Shown: one piece after another, positions 41,926 to 55,656 of the stretch
Layout: each line of letters begins with the position of its first letter
How positions within the stretch are numbered: position 1 is the first letter of the stretch
Assembly (NCBI GenBank): GCA_964016885.1
Contig: OZ024752.1
Span: 5,084,001-5,148,000, forward strand
DNA: 64,000 nt
Origin: Eledone cirrhosa
Taxonomy: Eukaryota
Reading direction: 5' to 3'
Translations under genes and position numbers: made by a program
Notes under the pieces: model-generated
Database searches by the model: none
What the model was told of the DNA's origin: nothing
The model's input: the letters and a program-made list of their open reading frames with translations, nothing else

Positions 41926-42765
41926 AACAGTGCAAATAATAAAAACACAACCAATAAAAAAATTAATTCTGGTGTGAAATGATAAATCTTTTGTATTATC
42001 TGTTAAATTGACTGGGATAACTACATGTGACTTTAGACTGTTGGTTCAGCAGATTTCTTACAAACAAGACATGAATGTGTAGGATTCACAGGTATGTTTT
42101 GGTGGATGCTTCAACAAGTCAGTCTTGTAGTTAGTTATAGAAAAAGAAATAGTAATGGTAAAGTAGTAAAAGTCTTTATCATTAGTATCTTTGTTTTCAT
42201 GTCTTTTTTTGTTGCTGTTGTTGTTTCATACTAGGCTTGGGTTCAATATATCTAAAGTACAGCATATCAACACTTCTCGTAATCTTATGTACTTCTATCT
42301 CTAAAGCTCAGTATCTTAAAAAATTTATTTGATCACTCTTTTCTGTGAAATGTTTCTTTGGTTTTCACCGTCTCTTATCAAACACTCATCTTCCATTTGC
42401 ATCACATGCCCATAACATCACAGCTGGTGCCTTTAATGCTTAGCTCACTTTTACTCTCCTTCCTCCATCTCACTTATGCTCTGCCTTCTTCCTAATATTG
42501 TTTTTTCTTTATTATAATCTTCATTATCCAAGAATGCAGAAACTGATGTTTTGTTGCTTATAACAAGGTGGTGGAAACAGAATAGAACTCTAACTAAATT
42601 GCTTCTTATGATGGCAGTTGAGGTCCTTTAACCCTTTTGGTATCAAACCACCTGAAATCTCTCCTGATTTTATGATACAGAACTGTCCATTTTAAAGTGT
42701 TCATACATATCTAAAAAGCTATCAAACTTTTATGTAAGATCTTTTATTGAATCATTTGTCTGCTA

Positions 42766-43363
42766 TTAACACTTTAGCATTTAAACTGGTCGTATCTAGC
42801 CAGAATTTTCTCCCCTCTTTCTGTTCAAACTGGTTGTAACTGGTCACTCATATTGATGTTAATGTATTGTTCTTAAAATAAATAATATCAAAATCTCATC
42901 GATTCAATATTATGTGAGATAATTATGTAGCTTTTAAACCAGCCATATCTGGCTAGAATTCTTTCACCTCTGTCTGTTCAAACTGGCTATAACTGGTCAC
43001 TCATACTGACATTAAGTTATTGTTCTCAAAATAAATAACATCAAAATCTCATAGATTCAATATTATGTGACATAATTATGTGAGGTAAAGCCTTTACTGT
43101 GAAAATACAATAGTAAATATAGAGTAATGTAAATGTTATGTGAGATATTATGTGAGGTAAAGCCTTTACTGTGAAAATACAATAGTATATATAGAGTAAT
43201 GTAAATGTTATGTGAGATATTATGTGAGGTAAAGCCTTTACTGTGAAAATACAATAGTATATATAGAGTAATGTAAATGTTATGTGAGATATTATGTGAG
43301 GTAAAGCCTTTACTGTGAAAATACAATAGTAAATATAGAGTAATGTAAATGCTAAACAGTTAA
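42766..43363. mobile_element. piggyBac-like MITE with internal tandem amplification (72 bp x about 4 at 43076-43350)
   Basis: TTAA-cactttagcat ... atgctaaacag-TTAA. Confidence 0.72.
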
Positions 43364-43547
43364 TGCAGGCATTTATGATGCATTCTCTGACTTGAATATT
43401 CAACAACCCTTAGAAACTGCTTTAGTAGGAATCATAATTCTTGGTAAACCTAGACTAATGATATGGGTCAAATAATGAAATTCAGTGAAAGTCGTATCTA
43501 GCCATATGTGTATGTCTTGAAGTGTTTGTTGCTGTCTGTTAAATCCC

Positions 43548-43868
43548 TTAATCCTTTAGCATTTAAACCGGCCATATCCGGCCAGAAATGATGTTAAGGT
43601 ATTGTTCTCAAAATAAATAATATCAGAATCTCATAGATTCAATATTATGTGAGATAATTATGTAGCATTTAAACCAGCCGTATCTGGCCAGAATTCTCTC
43701 ACCTCTTAATGTTCAAACTAGCTGTAACCGGCTGCTCATACTGATGTTAAGATATTGTTCTCAAAATAAAATATATCAAAATCTCATAGATTCGATATTA
43801 TTTGAGGTAAAGCCTTTACTACAAAAATACAATAATAAATATAAAGTAATGTAATAGCTAAAGGATAA
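43548..43868. mobile_element. piggyBac-like MITE, same family
   Basis: TTAA-tcctttagc ... gctaaagg-ataa. Confidence 0.68.
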
Positions 43869-44077
43869 AACTAAATATTCTTGCAGACATGGTTATATGT
43901 TTAAGAATTTTGTCTTCCTAACTACATATGCTGTTCTATGTTGCTACAGTGAGGTACCTAAAACAAGTGGTTTTTTACAATAGCTTTGAGTAGACTTGCC
44001 AAAAAAATTTTGTTAATGAAAACTGTGTGGAAGGCCATCTGATGCACCATTCCTGTTCATGAACGGTTGACTTAATC

Positions 44078-44226
44078 AAGGGTTTCCCAAACCTTTTCAA
44101 ATGCAGAACCCTTTTTGGAACCCCAAAGTCTAATACTGTTATATGGTTGTAATATAAATATACTCCTCTACCTTTTTTCACGGAACCACAGACACTCCTT
44201 TGTGGAACCCACTTTGGGAACCACTG
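44078..44226. mobile_element. hAT-type MITE with 8 bp target site duplication
   Basis: Ends aagggtttcccaaa / tttgggaaccactg; acttaatc is duplicated at 44070-44077 and 44227-44234. Confidence 0.8.
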
Positions 44227-44558
44227 ACTTAATCCATCATCAAGGTTAATCCCACCACCTGGTCCTTGGGTGTGTCTACTTGAATCCACTCTGTGACAAA
44301 CATTGAAACCAGGTATAACTTCCTTCCTTCCTGCTATTAGTTGTGGAAGCCATGTAAAAATATCATGGATTCTCTACTTCCTCCTCTGGTTATATCATGT
44401 ATAGAACAAAATAATTAACAACTGAGGCAAATGTTAGTTTGGGAGGATCTTCTTGTGATCTACAGTTACACCAACAAACCAACAAACACTGGATTAAGCA
44501 AGTAAAATAGTTAATGTTTTTTACCTAGTAAAAGATAATAGAGGCATTATTTGAATCT

Positions 44559-44746
44559 GGTGGATTGGCAATATCAGTAGAGGGTCGGACGCCATGCTTT
44601 GAAGCATAGAGTTACGGCCCTTGCCACTCTGAGTTCAAATCCCGACGAGGTTAACTTTGCCTTTCATCCTTATGGGGTCGATAAAATAAAGTACCAGTAA
44701 TACACTGAGTAATTGCTGGCCTTGTGTCAAAAGTAGAAACAATTAT
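44559..44746 (+). mobile_element. SINE family 2 full copy with probable TSD (attatttgaatct)
   Basis: Same head, body and tail as 28695; attatttgaatct occurs on both sides. Confidence 0.87.
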
Positions 44747-44840
44747 TTGAATCTATAGTCTTTCCTTAAGTAATATGAGTATATCATGTGCATGTACATT
44801 TCTGTGCACAATTGTGTGTATGTATATATATATATATAGA

Positions 44841-44942
44841 CAGAGTGTTCCCCCAAAATGTATACAAATTTTAATTACTTGTACAGGCAATATTTATTAG
44901 AATGCTGTTGAAGTGTGTATATATTTTTTGGGGGACACCCTG
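44841..44942. mobile_element. Tiny Tc1/mariner-type MITE
   Basis: TIRs cagagtgttcccccaaaa / ttttgggggacaccctg in a TA context. Confidence 0.7.
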
Positions 44943-44961
44943 TATATCTGTATATATATAT

Positions 44962-45158
44962 CTGTAAGTGGTTGACGGCTGAGAGAAAGGGGTACTCAAT
45001 ACTGAAATAGAGTTTTAATATTCTATATTATTAAGTCTAAAAAAGTGAGTCTTGTTACTCTGGAGTTTCAAAGGGTGAACAGACTGATGACCCTGTGATA
45101 AACAGGCGAAACTCCAGAGTAACAAGACTTTCTTTTTAGCCTTAATAACATTGAATAT
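44962..45158. mobile_element. PLE-type hairpin insert with an HHR core in the loop
   Basis: Arms 45018-45069 and 45108-45158. The loop holds CTGATGA-c-cctgt-gataa-acagg-c leading into GAAA-ctccagag-TA. GTACTCAATAC lies at 44992-45002. Confidence 0.72.
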
Positions 45159-45306
45159 ATATATTGTTTCCATCAACAATTATTATTACTATATATATAT
45201 ATATAATTTTTGTACATCTCAATGCATTGCCTACTTCTGAGATTAAAGAGTAAATGGAAACAACAAGCAAACAACACAGTACAAGGAAGAAATATATTAG
45301 TTTAAT

Positions 45307-45645
45307 GGAGGCACATGGCTTAGTGGTTAGAGCATTGGCCTTGCAATCGAAAGGTTGTGAGTTCAATTCTCAGACCGGGTGATGTGTTGTTTCCTTGAGC
45401 AAGACACTTTATTTCACATTCCTCCAGTTTACTCAGCTGTAGAAATGAGATGATAGGGACTGGGGTCCCTATCATTCCACTGCAAAGTGGTCGTGGAGGT
45501 GCCACAGAAAAAAAGCACCCAGCACTCACTGTAAATGAGGTTGGTGTTAGGAAGGGCATCCAGCTGTAGAAATCAAGCCAGAATCAGTTCCCGTCCCACC
45601 CTTGCAAGCAGGGAAAAAGCAGACGTAAAATGAAATGATGATGAT
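45307..45645 (+). mobile_element. SINE family 1 full copy
   Basis: Intact box A and box B, CORE-like block, RTE-A tail. Confidence 0.92.
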
Positions 45646-45817
45646 GAATGCCTGATATTGTAGGAAAAGAGTATTTACGTTTCTGACACTAGTCCCTCAT
45701 CAGAAGATAGAATGAGAAGTAAAAGATGAAATAGAAAGATAAAGAATAAGAAGAGAAAAGAACGAAAAAAAATGTTTTCAGGAAAAAGCACATGTGTATT
45801 CAGTCAGATATATATAT

Positions 45818-46050
45818 ATCATCATCATCATCATTTTACGTCCACTTTTCCCTGCTTGCAAGGGTTGGACGGGTTCTATTCAGCACAGCATCTCTCCACT
45901 TGTCATCTCCTCGGTGAGTTTCAGCGATCTGAGGTCTGCACCTAACCACCTCCGCCCATGTTTTTCGTGGTCTACCTCTACTGCGTCTTCCTTCTACTGG
46001 GATTTCTTGGCATTTCCTTACCCAGCGGTCATCCTCCATACGTAACACAT
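45818..46050 (-). mobile_element. RTE family A-like 3' end
   Basis: HVLRMEDDRWVRKC...GRPRKTW plus tail. Confidence 0.85.
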
Positions 46051-46165
46051 GTATATATATATATATATATTTATTTATTCATTTACACACAAACACATAT
46101 ATATATTTTGTTTCTGAATTTGTTTAGCAAGATTCTTTATCTGAAAATGTGTGTTGAAACCGATA

Positions 46166-46659
46166 TTGTTATACTTTGGGAGGGTCATATTGCCAATAAG
46201 AAACACATGCACCAATTGCTTTCACTCCAATTTATTATAAATTTAAGAATCTATAAATTTCTGGTTGGTTGGTTGGTTCACAACTGGACGGTTGTTCATA
46301 TATTGTCAAAGTTCTTTCGTCACACATTCTGTGACCTCTTCAGTGACTGGGGATTCTTCTCTTTGTTTTGTGCCTCTCCTTTGTTCTGTCCTACGCCATC
46401 TTGTTTTTGTGTGTGTTGTGTGTTTCGTTTGCGCATGTGTTACATCCGGGTGTCTGTGTGTGTTTTCAGAGGTCACAGAATGTGTGACGAAAGAACTTTG
46501 ACAATATATGAACAACGATCTGGTTGTGGAACCAACCAACCAATCAACCGGAAATTTATAAATTCTTAAATTTATAAATTTAATTTATAATAAATTGGAG
46601 TGAAAGCAACTGGTGCGTGTGTTTCTTATTGGCAACATGACCCTCCCAAAGTATAACAA
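46166..46659. mobile_element. Long-TIR foldback element (about 175-190 bp arms, 128 bp spacer)
   Basis: 46166-46339 and 46468-46659 are imperfect reverse complements. Confidence 0.8.
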
Positions 46660-46814
46660 ACACATATATATATTTACACATATATAATGCAGACATGTTT
46701 GTCTCATACACTACCCTGGCTTATTAGGATAACAATATGTTGCAAGTAGATATGGCTGCAGAGAAAGTCTAATGGATTTATGTAACATAAATGTTTTTAA
46801 AATATCACAAACAG

Positions 46815-48050
46815 TAGTTTCAGACTCAATATCTCTGATAGCGGTGAAATCCACACCGATTGACTTGTTAGGAAGGCAGATTTAAGTTAAATGAAATGAA
46901 AAGATGATAAAATATCGAACATGCACGTTGTGAAATGTCTGCAGAAAAGTGTTTGATATGTGAATGTAAGTGTGCTTAGTAGGATGTTTGTATGTAAATT
47001 TATGTATTGAAATGTGTGTGCGAATATGATATAATAAAAAGGGAAAATATACAGTATGTGTGAGTCAAGAAACAGGCCACTGGAATGTTGGAATAAAGGC
47101 TTTTAAATTAGTCGTTCTGGTGCACTTCTTTCCATTCGATTATTGATCCTAGGTTTTAATTGCTTCATTAAGAGGGCTTCCTTAATTCTCAACATGCCTA
47201 TACTGCGTTCGGTAGCTAAGATATGAAGATATACTCATCCTCACATCCACCAAGTAGAATGCCAACAAGATTTTCGAATCTTTTAACAATGTTGACAATA
47301 ACATCAAGTTCATTGAACATTCCCCCGACTCCGGGTCCCTCGCTCTACTTGATTTCAGACTGACCCTCTCTGATAGCAGTGAAATCCCCACTGATTTCTA
47401 CCACAAAGCGACCAGTAGGGGCCTGTTTGTTCATTACAAATCTGCCCTCCCCAATAGCTCCAAAAGAGAGTAGATCTTCAATGAAATCGCTCTCACATGC
47501 AACCGATGTAGCGCTGCTGCTAATAAAGCCACCCACATCAGACGATTCCACAAGGTACTAGAGGTTAATGGCTTCCCAGCTTCCTTTTCCACCCTACGAC
47601 CTTCCCTGCGAAGGTACCTCTCTCCAAAGGCAACCCCCCAATGAGGATAATGTGCACCAGAATGGCTAATTTAAAAGCCTGTGGCCCATTTCTAGTGGTC
47701 CATTCTAGACTCATATACACACACATACATATTTTCCCATTATATTATATACATATTCGCACACGCCTTTCAATACATAAATTTACATACAAACATCCCA
47801 CTAAGTACACTTACATTCATGCACATATATCAAACACTTTTCTGCAGACATTTCACAATGCGCATATTCGATATCTTTTCATTTCATTTAACTTAAATCT
47901 GCCTTCCAAACAAGTAAACTCCTAGGGATACTTGATAATGCGTATTCAAACCCGAAAATATTTGGGATCATTAAATTTGCTAAGGTAAGATTCTTTTGTT
48001 ATCTTAGCAATTTAATTTTCTTTCTAATGTATTATTTGGTTTTCAAAATT
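46815..48050. mobile_element. Third PLE family remnant: RT fragment enclosed by diverged inverted pseudo-LTR copies
   Basis: Plus-strand 47215-47450 reads RYEDILILT...FNNVDNNIKF...SLALLDF...FYHKATSRGLFVHYKSALP. Inverted arms lie at about 46862-47127 and 47651-47916. Confidence 0.72.
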
Positions 48051-48915
48051 ATTTAAATTTGTGATTCCTATTCAACAATGCTTCAAGGAAGCTACAAAAC
48101 GCTCTTATTAATAAATAAATATATATATATATATTGCAAGCAGGGAAAAGCGGACGTAAAATGATGATGATGATGATGATATATATATATATGCATACAT
48201 GCACCATACACACACTCTCATTGCACATACACTTTGTCACATTTTACAACCATTTTTTTTATATTTACAATCACTCATGTTAATTTATGTGAAGCATCTT
48301 TCCTTTAGTTTTGTTTCTCATCAACAATTAACGTGATCGTGTCATTCTTTGGAGACATTTAACATGATTCTTTTTTACCTTTTTTCTTCTTCTTCACTTT
48401 CTATTAGAGTTTCTACAATTTTATAATACACTGTCTCAAATCAAATTTGCATCACACTACACAAACCATATGCAAGCTGGTCATTTTTGCCACCCCACCC
48501 CAACCTCACTTTAGTTGCTATGAAAGTATTGGTTTATCTTAAGTAATATAAAGAGTTAAGTTGATAGATTCAAAAGATAATCTAATTCTTCCAGTTAAAT
48601 TACTGTAGAATAAGTTTATATAAAAAGAAAATGGCTATCTAGCTAATAGACAGGCAACATTCTTCATTCACCAGCACTACAACCACTTAGCAACCAATTT
48701 ACTTTGCACCAAATCTGTCTCTCTTCTATTACTACAAAAACGGTCTCTGAACTTAATGACTGTATACCATCCCACCATTCTTCTACCAGCCATACTGTTT
48801 TCCTTCCTCTCTTCAAAACTTCAATCCTTAAGGAACCACTTTTCTGTCTCTGTCTACTATTCTACCAACATGTAAGAATTATAACATGCAGCAATTTAAA
48901 CCAAATTCCAACCAC

Positions 48916-49016
<101 letters not shown>

Positions 49017-49424
49017 AAAGCGTATGACCCCGACGGCAGAGCTCAAGCCGTTTCGACGGCTATTTCTGGACTCAGTTGTGTTTTCGCATCGTGCGGGTGA
49101 AGAAACTTGAGCTGGGTGGAAAAGTTGGGATATGGCATGGTAGAGTTGGAAAGTGCTCTACTACAGGTATAGGAGCTAAATAACAAAGGAATTGTGGTAA
49201 AGAACCAGATGGACCATAACGCACCAGAGTACTCAATACTTAGGGTAGTAGAGTGGGAAATAGGAAAAAGTATGACCCCGACGGCAGAGCTCAAGCCGTT
49301 TCGACAGCTATTTCTGGACTCTATATATATAGTGAAAAATTGGACGGGAACGAAAACAGAGAGGCAGACAAATAAAGGTTTATTAGGTTCACGCTCTTGA
49401 GAATGAGGGAGGAGGGGGGGGGGG

Positions 49425-49450
49425 CGTTTCGGGCATAAGCCCTTCTTCAG
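49425..49450 (-). ncRNA. Hammerhead core fragment
   Basis: Minus strand CTGAAGA-a-gggc-ttat-gccc-GAAA-cg; stems I and III are disrupted by a C run. Confidence 0.55.
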
Positions 49451-51770
49451 GAGAAAATTGGGTAGGAAGAGAGTTCCGAGGGTGTATATATATATAAATC
49501 ATTTCAAGAACATTGTGAGAGAGAAAGAAAGAAATATATATGTATATATTACTTTTTTCTCTCTTTCTCCCCCCCCCCCCTCTCTCTTACTCTTACAATG
49601 TTCTTGGAATGATTTAGATATAGGCCTCCCTTGTCTGAACAACCTATGAAAACAGAACTTAATCAATACAATACAAAGAATTGGCTATTGAACTCAATTT
49701 TTTTAAACCAGAATTTATTTGTATTTTTCCAATGAAATAACTTGACATAAAACCTAAATACTTCGTGTATATTTAAGTTCTTAAATTAAATTAATCATTC
49801 AGTTAAAGTCATTTATATAATGGCATTGTAGTCAAATGGTAATTTTTGTTTTCAATATATTTTCATTCTTTAAATTTTCAATTTAAGATATATTGAATTG
49901 TCTTTTGTAATTGTGTGAAAGATTGAATGGCTTCACAGAAAATTAGAGTTAATATATATTAAAATATGTCTGAAAAACTTTCTGCAAGTTATATCATAGT
50001 TAACAGTTATACTATTGCTTGGTATATCACAGTGATATAAGAGATTAAACCAGGCTATATTTTGGTTTAAAATTTGTTAAAGTTGGCAAATTAGGAGATT
50101 CTCTGTGCTTTGAGTTAAAATCTCACCAAAATCAATTTGTCTTTCATTCTTTCAGGGTTAATGAAGTACCAGTATTATACTGGGAGTAATCTATATATAA
50201 ATTTAAGCAACTTCCATCTATCTGTCCATCACACTGTATGTGTGTGTTTGTGTGAATATATGTCTGTGTAAAAGGAAAGAAGGGGAAGGTGAAAAAACTG
50301 TAGCAAAACAGTGGCTGGTGTTTCATTTGCTATGCTGTGTGTGAGTGTATGTGTATGCATGTATTTGTGTGAATGTACGTGTGTGTGAATGTATGTCTGT
50401 GAGGGTGTGGAAAATAGACGTTAAATGATGATGATGATGATGTGTCTGTACATATATATTTATATACTCATATATATAAATGTATACATATACAAATGTG
50501 GCAGCGTTTTGACAAAAATCCTAGTCCTTCTATATCTTAATCTCTCTGAGAAGAAATTAACTGTTGCCATACCTACCTAAAGAGGGATGGCCTCTACCTG
50601 GTTTTTAAATGTCCAAGACACAGCAGCACATGTTGTTAGAACGACACCCTTACAACTCCATAAAGAGTTGAGGTACCAAGGAAAGAAAGCGAAAAACTGT
50701 TTCTTCTTTGAAACTGACTTTTTTGTTATTAGCACTTCTTACAACTATTTTGTAACTGTTTTGTAACCTTTTTGGGGAATATGGTGCTATGTCACAGGAT
50801 ATGAACTATGCAAACATTATTTCTCATTGTACAAGGGTGAATTTGTGGATATGCAATGATTCTTGTGAATCCTCTCTGCTCGGCATAGTTAGGAAAGTTT
50901 TGCTCAAATTATTGTCTACAAACTACCAAAGCTGGCTATATATGAAGGACATTGAGAGGCAACTGTGTCTTATAGAGTGTGATTTTTAGCTATTTATTGG
51001 CAAGATCTACAATATTAAGAAGAGTTGCTTTTGTAGTATAACCCAGGTTTCACAATTCTTCAAAATAGGAAGTGAACTGTGAAATATCACAATGCTATGA
51101 ATGCAAGAATGATGAGAAATATAATTGTATTACATATATAGGATAGACATGAAAGCGTCAATTTAGTTGTAGTGATTAGTTTAGCTCTTTGCACTTTAAA
51201 ATGGTCAGAAAATGCAATTTGAGTCCAAGCAGGTCATATTACATTTACAGCTTTCAATAATTATAAAGTGATTATACCAAAATGGCCGATGAAATCTGTC
51301 TCTGAATACACATGCTAGCAATTGGCAAATAGTGATATGTGGAGAAAAAGTTATGACATGACAAAAATATTTACTATGAAGGTTAACATATATTACAGTT
51401 ATTATCAGATATCAAACAAGATATAAAAAAACTTCAATAAAGATAACATGTACATAAATTGTAGTGCATATACAAATAGATATGTTTTGGTGGTTGGGGG
51501 AGGAAAATATAATGGGGGGGAGGGCTTGTCCTTCCTCCCGGGCTTCCCATTTCCACCGCCCTTCTATTATCAAATGTTTTTTAAGACTATGTTAACCATT
51601 ATTTTTCTTTAAAGGTTTTTTTTTCCTCACGAAATAGATTTACAGCATTTTCAAGTAACTGCTTTCATTTCTCATTAATTTATATGGTTTCTATGCCAAG
51701 CCAGAAATTCTTTGTTGTCTATCAATGGCTCCTACTAACACCTCATTTCCTTACTTATCTCTATTTCTAG

Positions 51771-52043
51771 CTGACCTTTGTTGACCTCAACCTGGCCAGG
51801 GATGTCTCCCCAGTTGTGTCTTTTATGGATACCTATTTAACAAGCACAACTGTGTCTCTTCACAAGGCAGATTCTTCTCCCCACTTCTTCACCACATCCA
51901 CCACACAAGCCAACACTAACACCACCTTCATTGTTCCCCCCACTGCTAGTGCTGGTAGTAGTACATGCACAGCATCTACCTCCTCTGCTACAGCAACAGC
52001 TAGAAATAGTGCATTACCTGTCACATCACCTTTCACCCACTAA
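51771..52043 (+). CDS. Candidate terminal coding exon of an unidentified host gene (LTFVDLNLARDVSPVVSFMDTYL + S/T-rich tail)
   Basis: Consensus branch point TACTAAC (51733-51739), a polypyrimidine tract and a TAG acceptor. Then 90 open codons in phase 0 to TAA, followed by about 1.2 kb of repeat-poor, UTR-like sequence. Confidence 0.65.
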   Translation: MTFVDLNLARDVSPVVSFMDTYLTSTTVSLHKADSSPHFFTTSTTQANTNTTFIVPPTASAGSSTCTASTSSATATARNSALPVTSPFTH

Positions 52044-53454
52044 TACTGCTTTGTTGCACTCAGCAAAGACTTGCATTCATTCCCAACCCAACTGCACCCT
52101 GCACTCTTCATTATCTACTGCCACAACTGAGCTTTCAAAGAGATGTCACAATCTCATTCCTTGTCCAGAAGCATGAGATATTCATAGTACTAGCTAGCTA
52201 CCTATGTAGATCTCATTCACAAAAATCATTGTATATGATAATTGAGCTAGACTATGAAATATAGTTTTCTGTCCTAGTTTCTTTTTTCCATTTTTCTTTC
52301 CCTCCTCCCCTTTTTTTTAGCTTATTTATTTTCTATTCAAGCATCAAGTGAAAAGAAATCCTATAAAGATACCATGGATGACCAAGTTACACATTAAAAT
52401 GGTAGAGAGCTACTGCGATTGCTTTATATTTCATGATATCACAAACCTCTTACAGTGATTTTGGAATTTGGGAATTTTGGAATTTTCTTCTTTCAGATTT
52501 TGTTAATGTTTAAGATTTATATAAGACTTCACAAGTGGTTTCAATTCTAGAAGAAAAAAAGATTTTTATTGAATGTTTAAAACTATTGATTTGTAGATAT
52601 ATTGCGCCTGCAGACAAGAAACCTATCACCTCTACTAAAATTACAAGATTTTCCTTTTTAATTTGCCTATAGCAATAAGAAACTTTGTATTAAAAAGTAA
52701 TTAAAACATTTTTTCTATCTTATAAATTGAAATATATGACAGCTATTGAGACAGACTTGTTGCTCACATAAAATAGTATCAAATAAAAAAGAAACAATGA
52801 TATTATACAAACAAAGAAAAGGTTTAAAATTTGTAAGTTTTGTCTTTCCTCTATAACATATATTATATTGTCTAAAAGTATACATTTTAACCAAATCCAT
52901 TATTTAATATAGAACACTCAGCAATTAGTTTTCAGAATCAGTGAAAGAGTTATCCCCTAAGCTACCAAGAGAAACTGATTTCGTAATGAGACAGGTACTG
53001 AGGAATCTATGATTGGCTAATTCTGGAGGTGCTTATATATTATTTACATTGAAATCTATGTGAAATATAATTGGATAGAATTGTATTCACATTACCAGTT
53101 TGCTTTCAACCATTTGAATTTTGTTCATTAATGATGTACAAGGTGAAACTTTATTGTAAAACTGGGAAACAGACAATATTTGCTTTTATCTTCAAATGGT
53201 TTCAATCTGTTTTTTTTTTTATTTTTATTTTTTCTTAATCACAAATCATCAAATTAAGAAGATAGATAACTTTACCTTCATCAAAAACCATATATATATA
53301 TGTATATGTATGTGTGTATATGTATGTTTGTATATGTATATATGTATGTATGTATGTAGATATATATATTATGTATGTATATATATATGCATGTATATGT
53401 ATGTGTGTATATATATATCATCATCATCATCATCATCATATATATGTATGTATG

Positions 53455-53489
<35 letters not shown>

Positions 53490-53612
53490 GTATGTATGTA
53501 TATGTATGTATGTATGTATATGTATGTATGTATGTATGTATACATATATATGTATGTATATGTATATATGTGCCTCCATGTGCCTCCTGTGTGTCTATTT
53601 ATTATAGAGTTA

Positions 53613-54207
53613 AGAGTTTTCAAGTCGCTGGCTGGACTAAACAGTCACACTCGGTCAGCGCATCGGTATGGGTTCTCCTACATGGATATAAAGTAGTGGC
53701 CGTACTCGAAAACGAGTTGGCAGCCACCATATATATATGTATATATGTATGTATATATATATGTATATATAGGGAGAGATATATATGTATATGTAGGGAG
53801 AGATGACTCCTTAGCCTTTGTCAAGGCAGAATTCTAGGAGAAGGAAAACTCTGATATAACACCTGCAACCCTGATGGTATCCAATGATGTTGACTTGTTC
53901 TTCTTTTTGGTAAATATCATCTTGGTTAAGAGAGTGGGACTGGCTTTGTGCAGTGCCTTTGCTCACTATAAAAGCTTCACGGCACAGGCATTGCTTTATA
54001 TCTGGAGATCTCTCTGCACTTGTCGTCACATGGTACCATGGGCCCAGCACTATGTGTCAATAGGTGTCACAAGTGTAGTGTTTGTACCAGAGTTTTCAAG
54101 TCGCTGGCTGGACTAAAAAGTCAGACTCGTTCAGCGCACCGGTAGGGGTTCTCCTACATGGATATAAAGTAGTGGCCATACTTGAAAACGAGTTGGCAGC
54201 CACCATA
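53613..54207. repeat. Direct repeat pair of about 118 bp (53613-53730, 54089-54207), each ending at a (TA)n tract
   Basis: agagttttcaagtcgctggctggactaaa...gagttggcagccaccat occurs twice with several substitutions. Confidence 0.85.
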
Positions 54208-54583
54208 TATATGTATATATATACATGTATGTATATATATATGTATGTATGTATGTATGTATATATATATATATATGTATGTATGTATATATATATATAT
54301 ATGTATGTATGTATGTATATATATATATATACATGTATGTATATATATATATATGTATGTATGTATATATATATATGTATGTATGTATGTATATATATAT
54401 ATGTATGTATGTATATATATATATGTATGTATGTATATATATATATGTATGTATGTATATATATATATGTATGTATGTATATATATATATGTATGTATGT
54501 ATATATATATATGTATGTATGTATATATATATATGTATGTATGTATATATATATATGTATGTATGTATATATATATATGTATG

Positions 54584-54688
<105 letters not shown>

Positions 54689-54841
54689 GTGTATATATAT
54701 ATATATATATGTATGAATGTATATATAGTGTATTTTACAATACACTGTACACTTAATTAAAAGCATTTTGAAGACCATACGCTATTGTTTTAAAGTAGCG
54801 ACATTGTCGCTTACTTAAATTTTTGGCAGGCAGGGGGAGAT

Positions 54842-54886
54842 AAGTTTACAGCGCTGTTTCGTACTATTTGGTACTTGTCAAAACTC
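54842..54886 (-). ncRNA. Type I hammerhead ribozyme motif, U3-A8 core variant
   Basis: Minus strand gagtt-TTGACAA-gtac-caaata-gtac-GAAA-cagcgctg-TA-aactt; palindromic stem III ACAGCGCTGT. Confidence 0.75.
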
Positions 54887-55155
54887 AGTACTCTCTCCGT
54901 CTGGCGAAAATTATGTGTGTCGGATTCTTATAGAATTCCAGTAACAATCAGGAACTGGTTATACAGAGCGATTGCCGGCCCAGCAGAAATTGAAAATTAG
55001 AATTGGTGCTCTGAAATAGTGAGATATATATATATGAATGTATATACAGTGTATTTTGCAATACACTGTACGCTTAATTAAAAGCTGTCCGCCGGTGAAA
55101 CAATTGTAACACACAATAAATTGAGTTCAGATGCATCACTGATTTTTCGTTTTCT

Positions 55156-55252
<97 letters not shown>

Positions 55253-55257
55253 ATATT

Positions 55258-55291
<34 letters not shown>

Positions 55292-55299
55292 TATATGTG

Positions 55300-55333
<34 letters not shown>

Positions 55334-55561
55334 TGTATGTATATATATATATGTGTATATATATATATGTGTATATATATATATGTGTGTATATATATAT
55401 ATATGTATGTATATATATATATGTGTATATATATGTATGTATATTTATATATATATATGTATGTATATATATATGTGTGTATATATATATGTATATATAT
55501 ATATGCATATATATATATATATGTATGTGTATATATATGTATCTGTATATATATGTATCTG

Positions 55562-55592
<31 letters not shown>

Positions 55593-55615
55593 ATATATAT
55601 ATATATATGTATCTG

Positions 55616-55656
<41 letters not shown>

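Noticed and set aside
42036-42090. Possible extra exon (ttag...ACAG|gtatg)
   Set aside because: Weak pyrimidine tract, and the 55 nt length would break phase between the two better-supported exons.
45307-45380. tRNA gene
   Set aside because: Box A and box B are present, but the cloverleaf stems are imperfect and the head is fused to a SINE body in all copies.
53805-53875. Possible LINE 5' UTR or HDV-like ribozyme (ctaggagaaggaaaactctg)
   Set aside because: The similarity is from memory only, and I could not build a nested double pseudoknot from the sequence.
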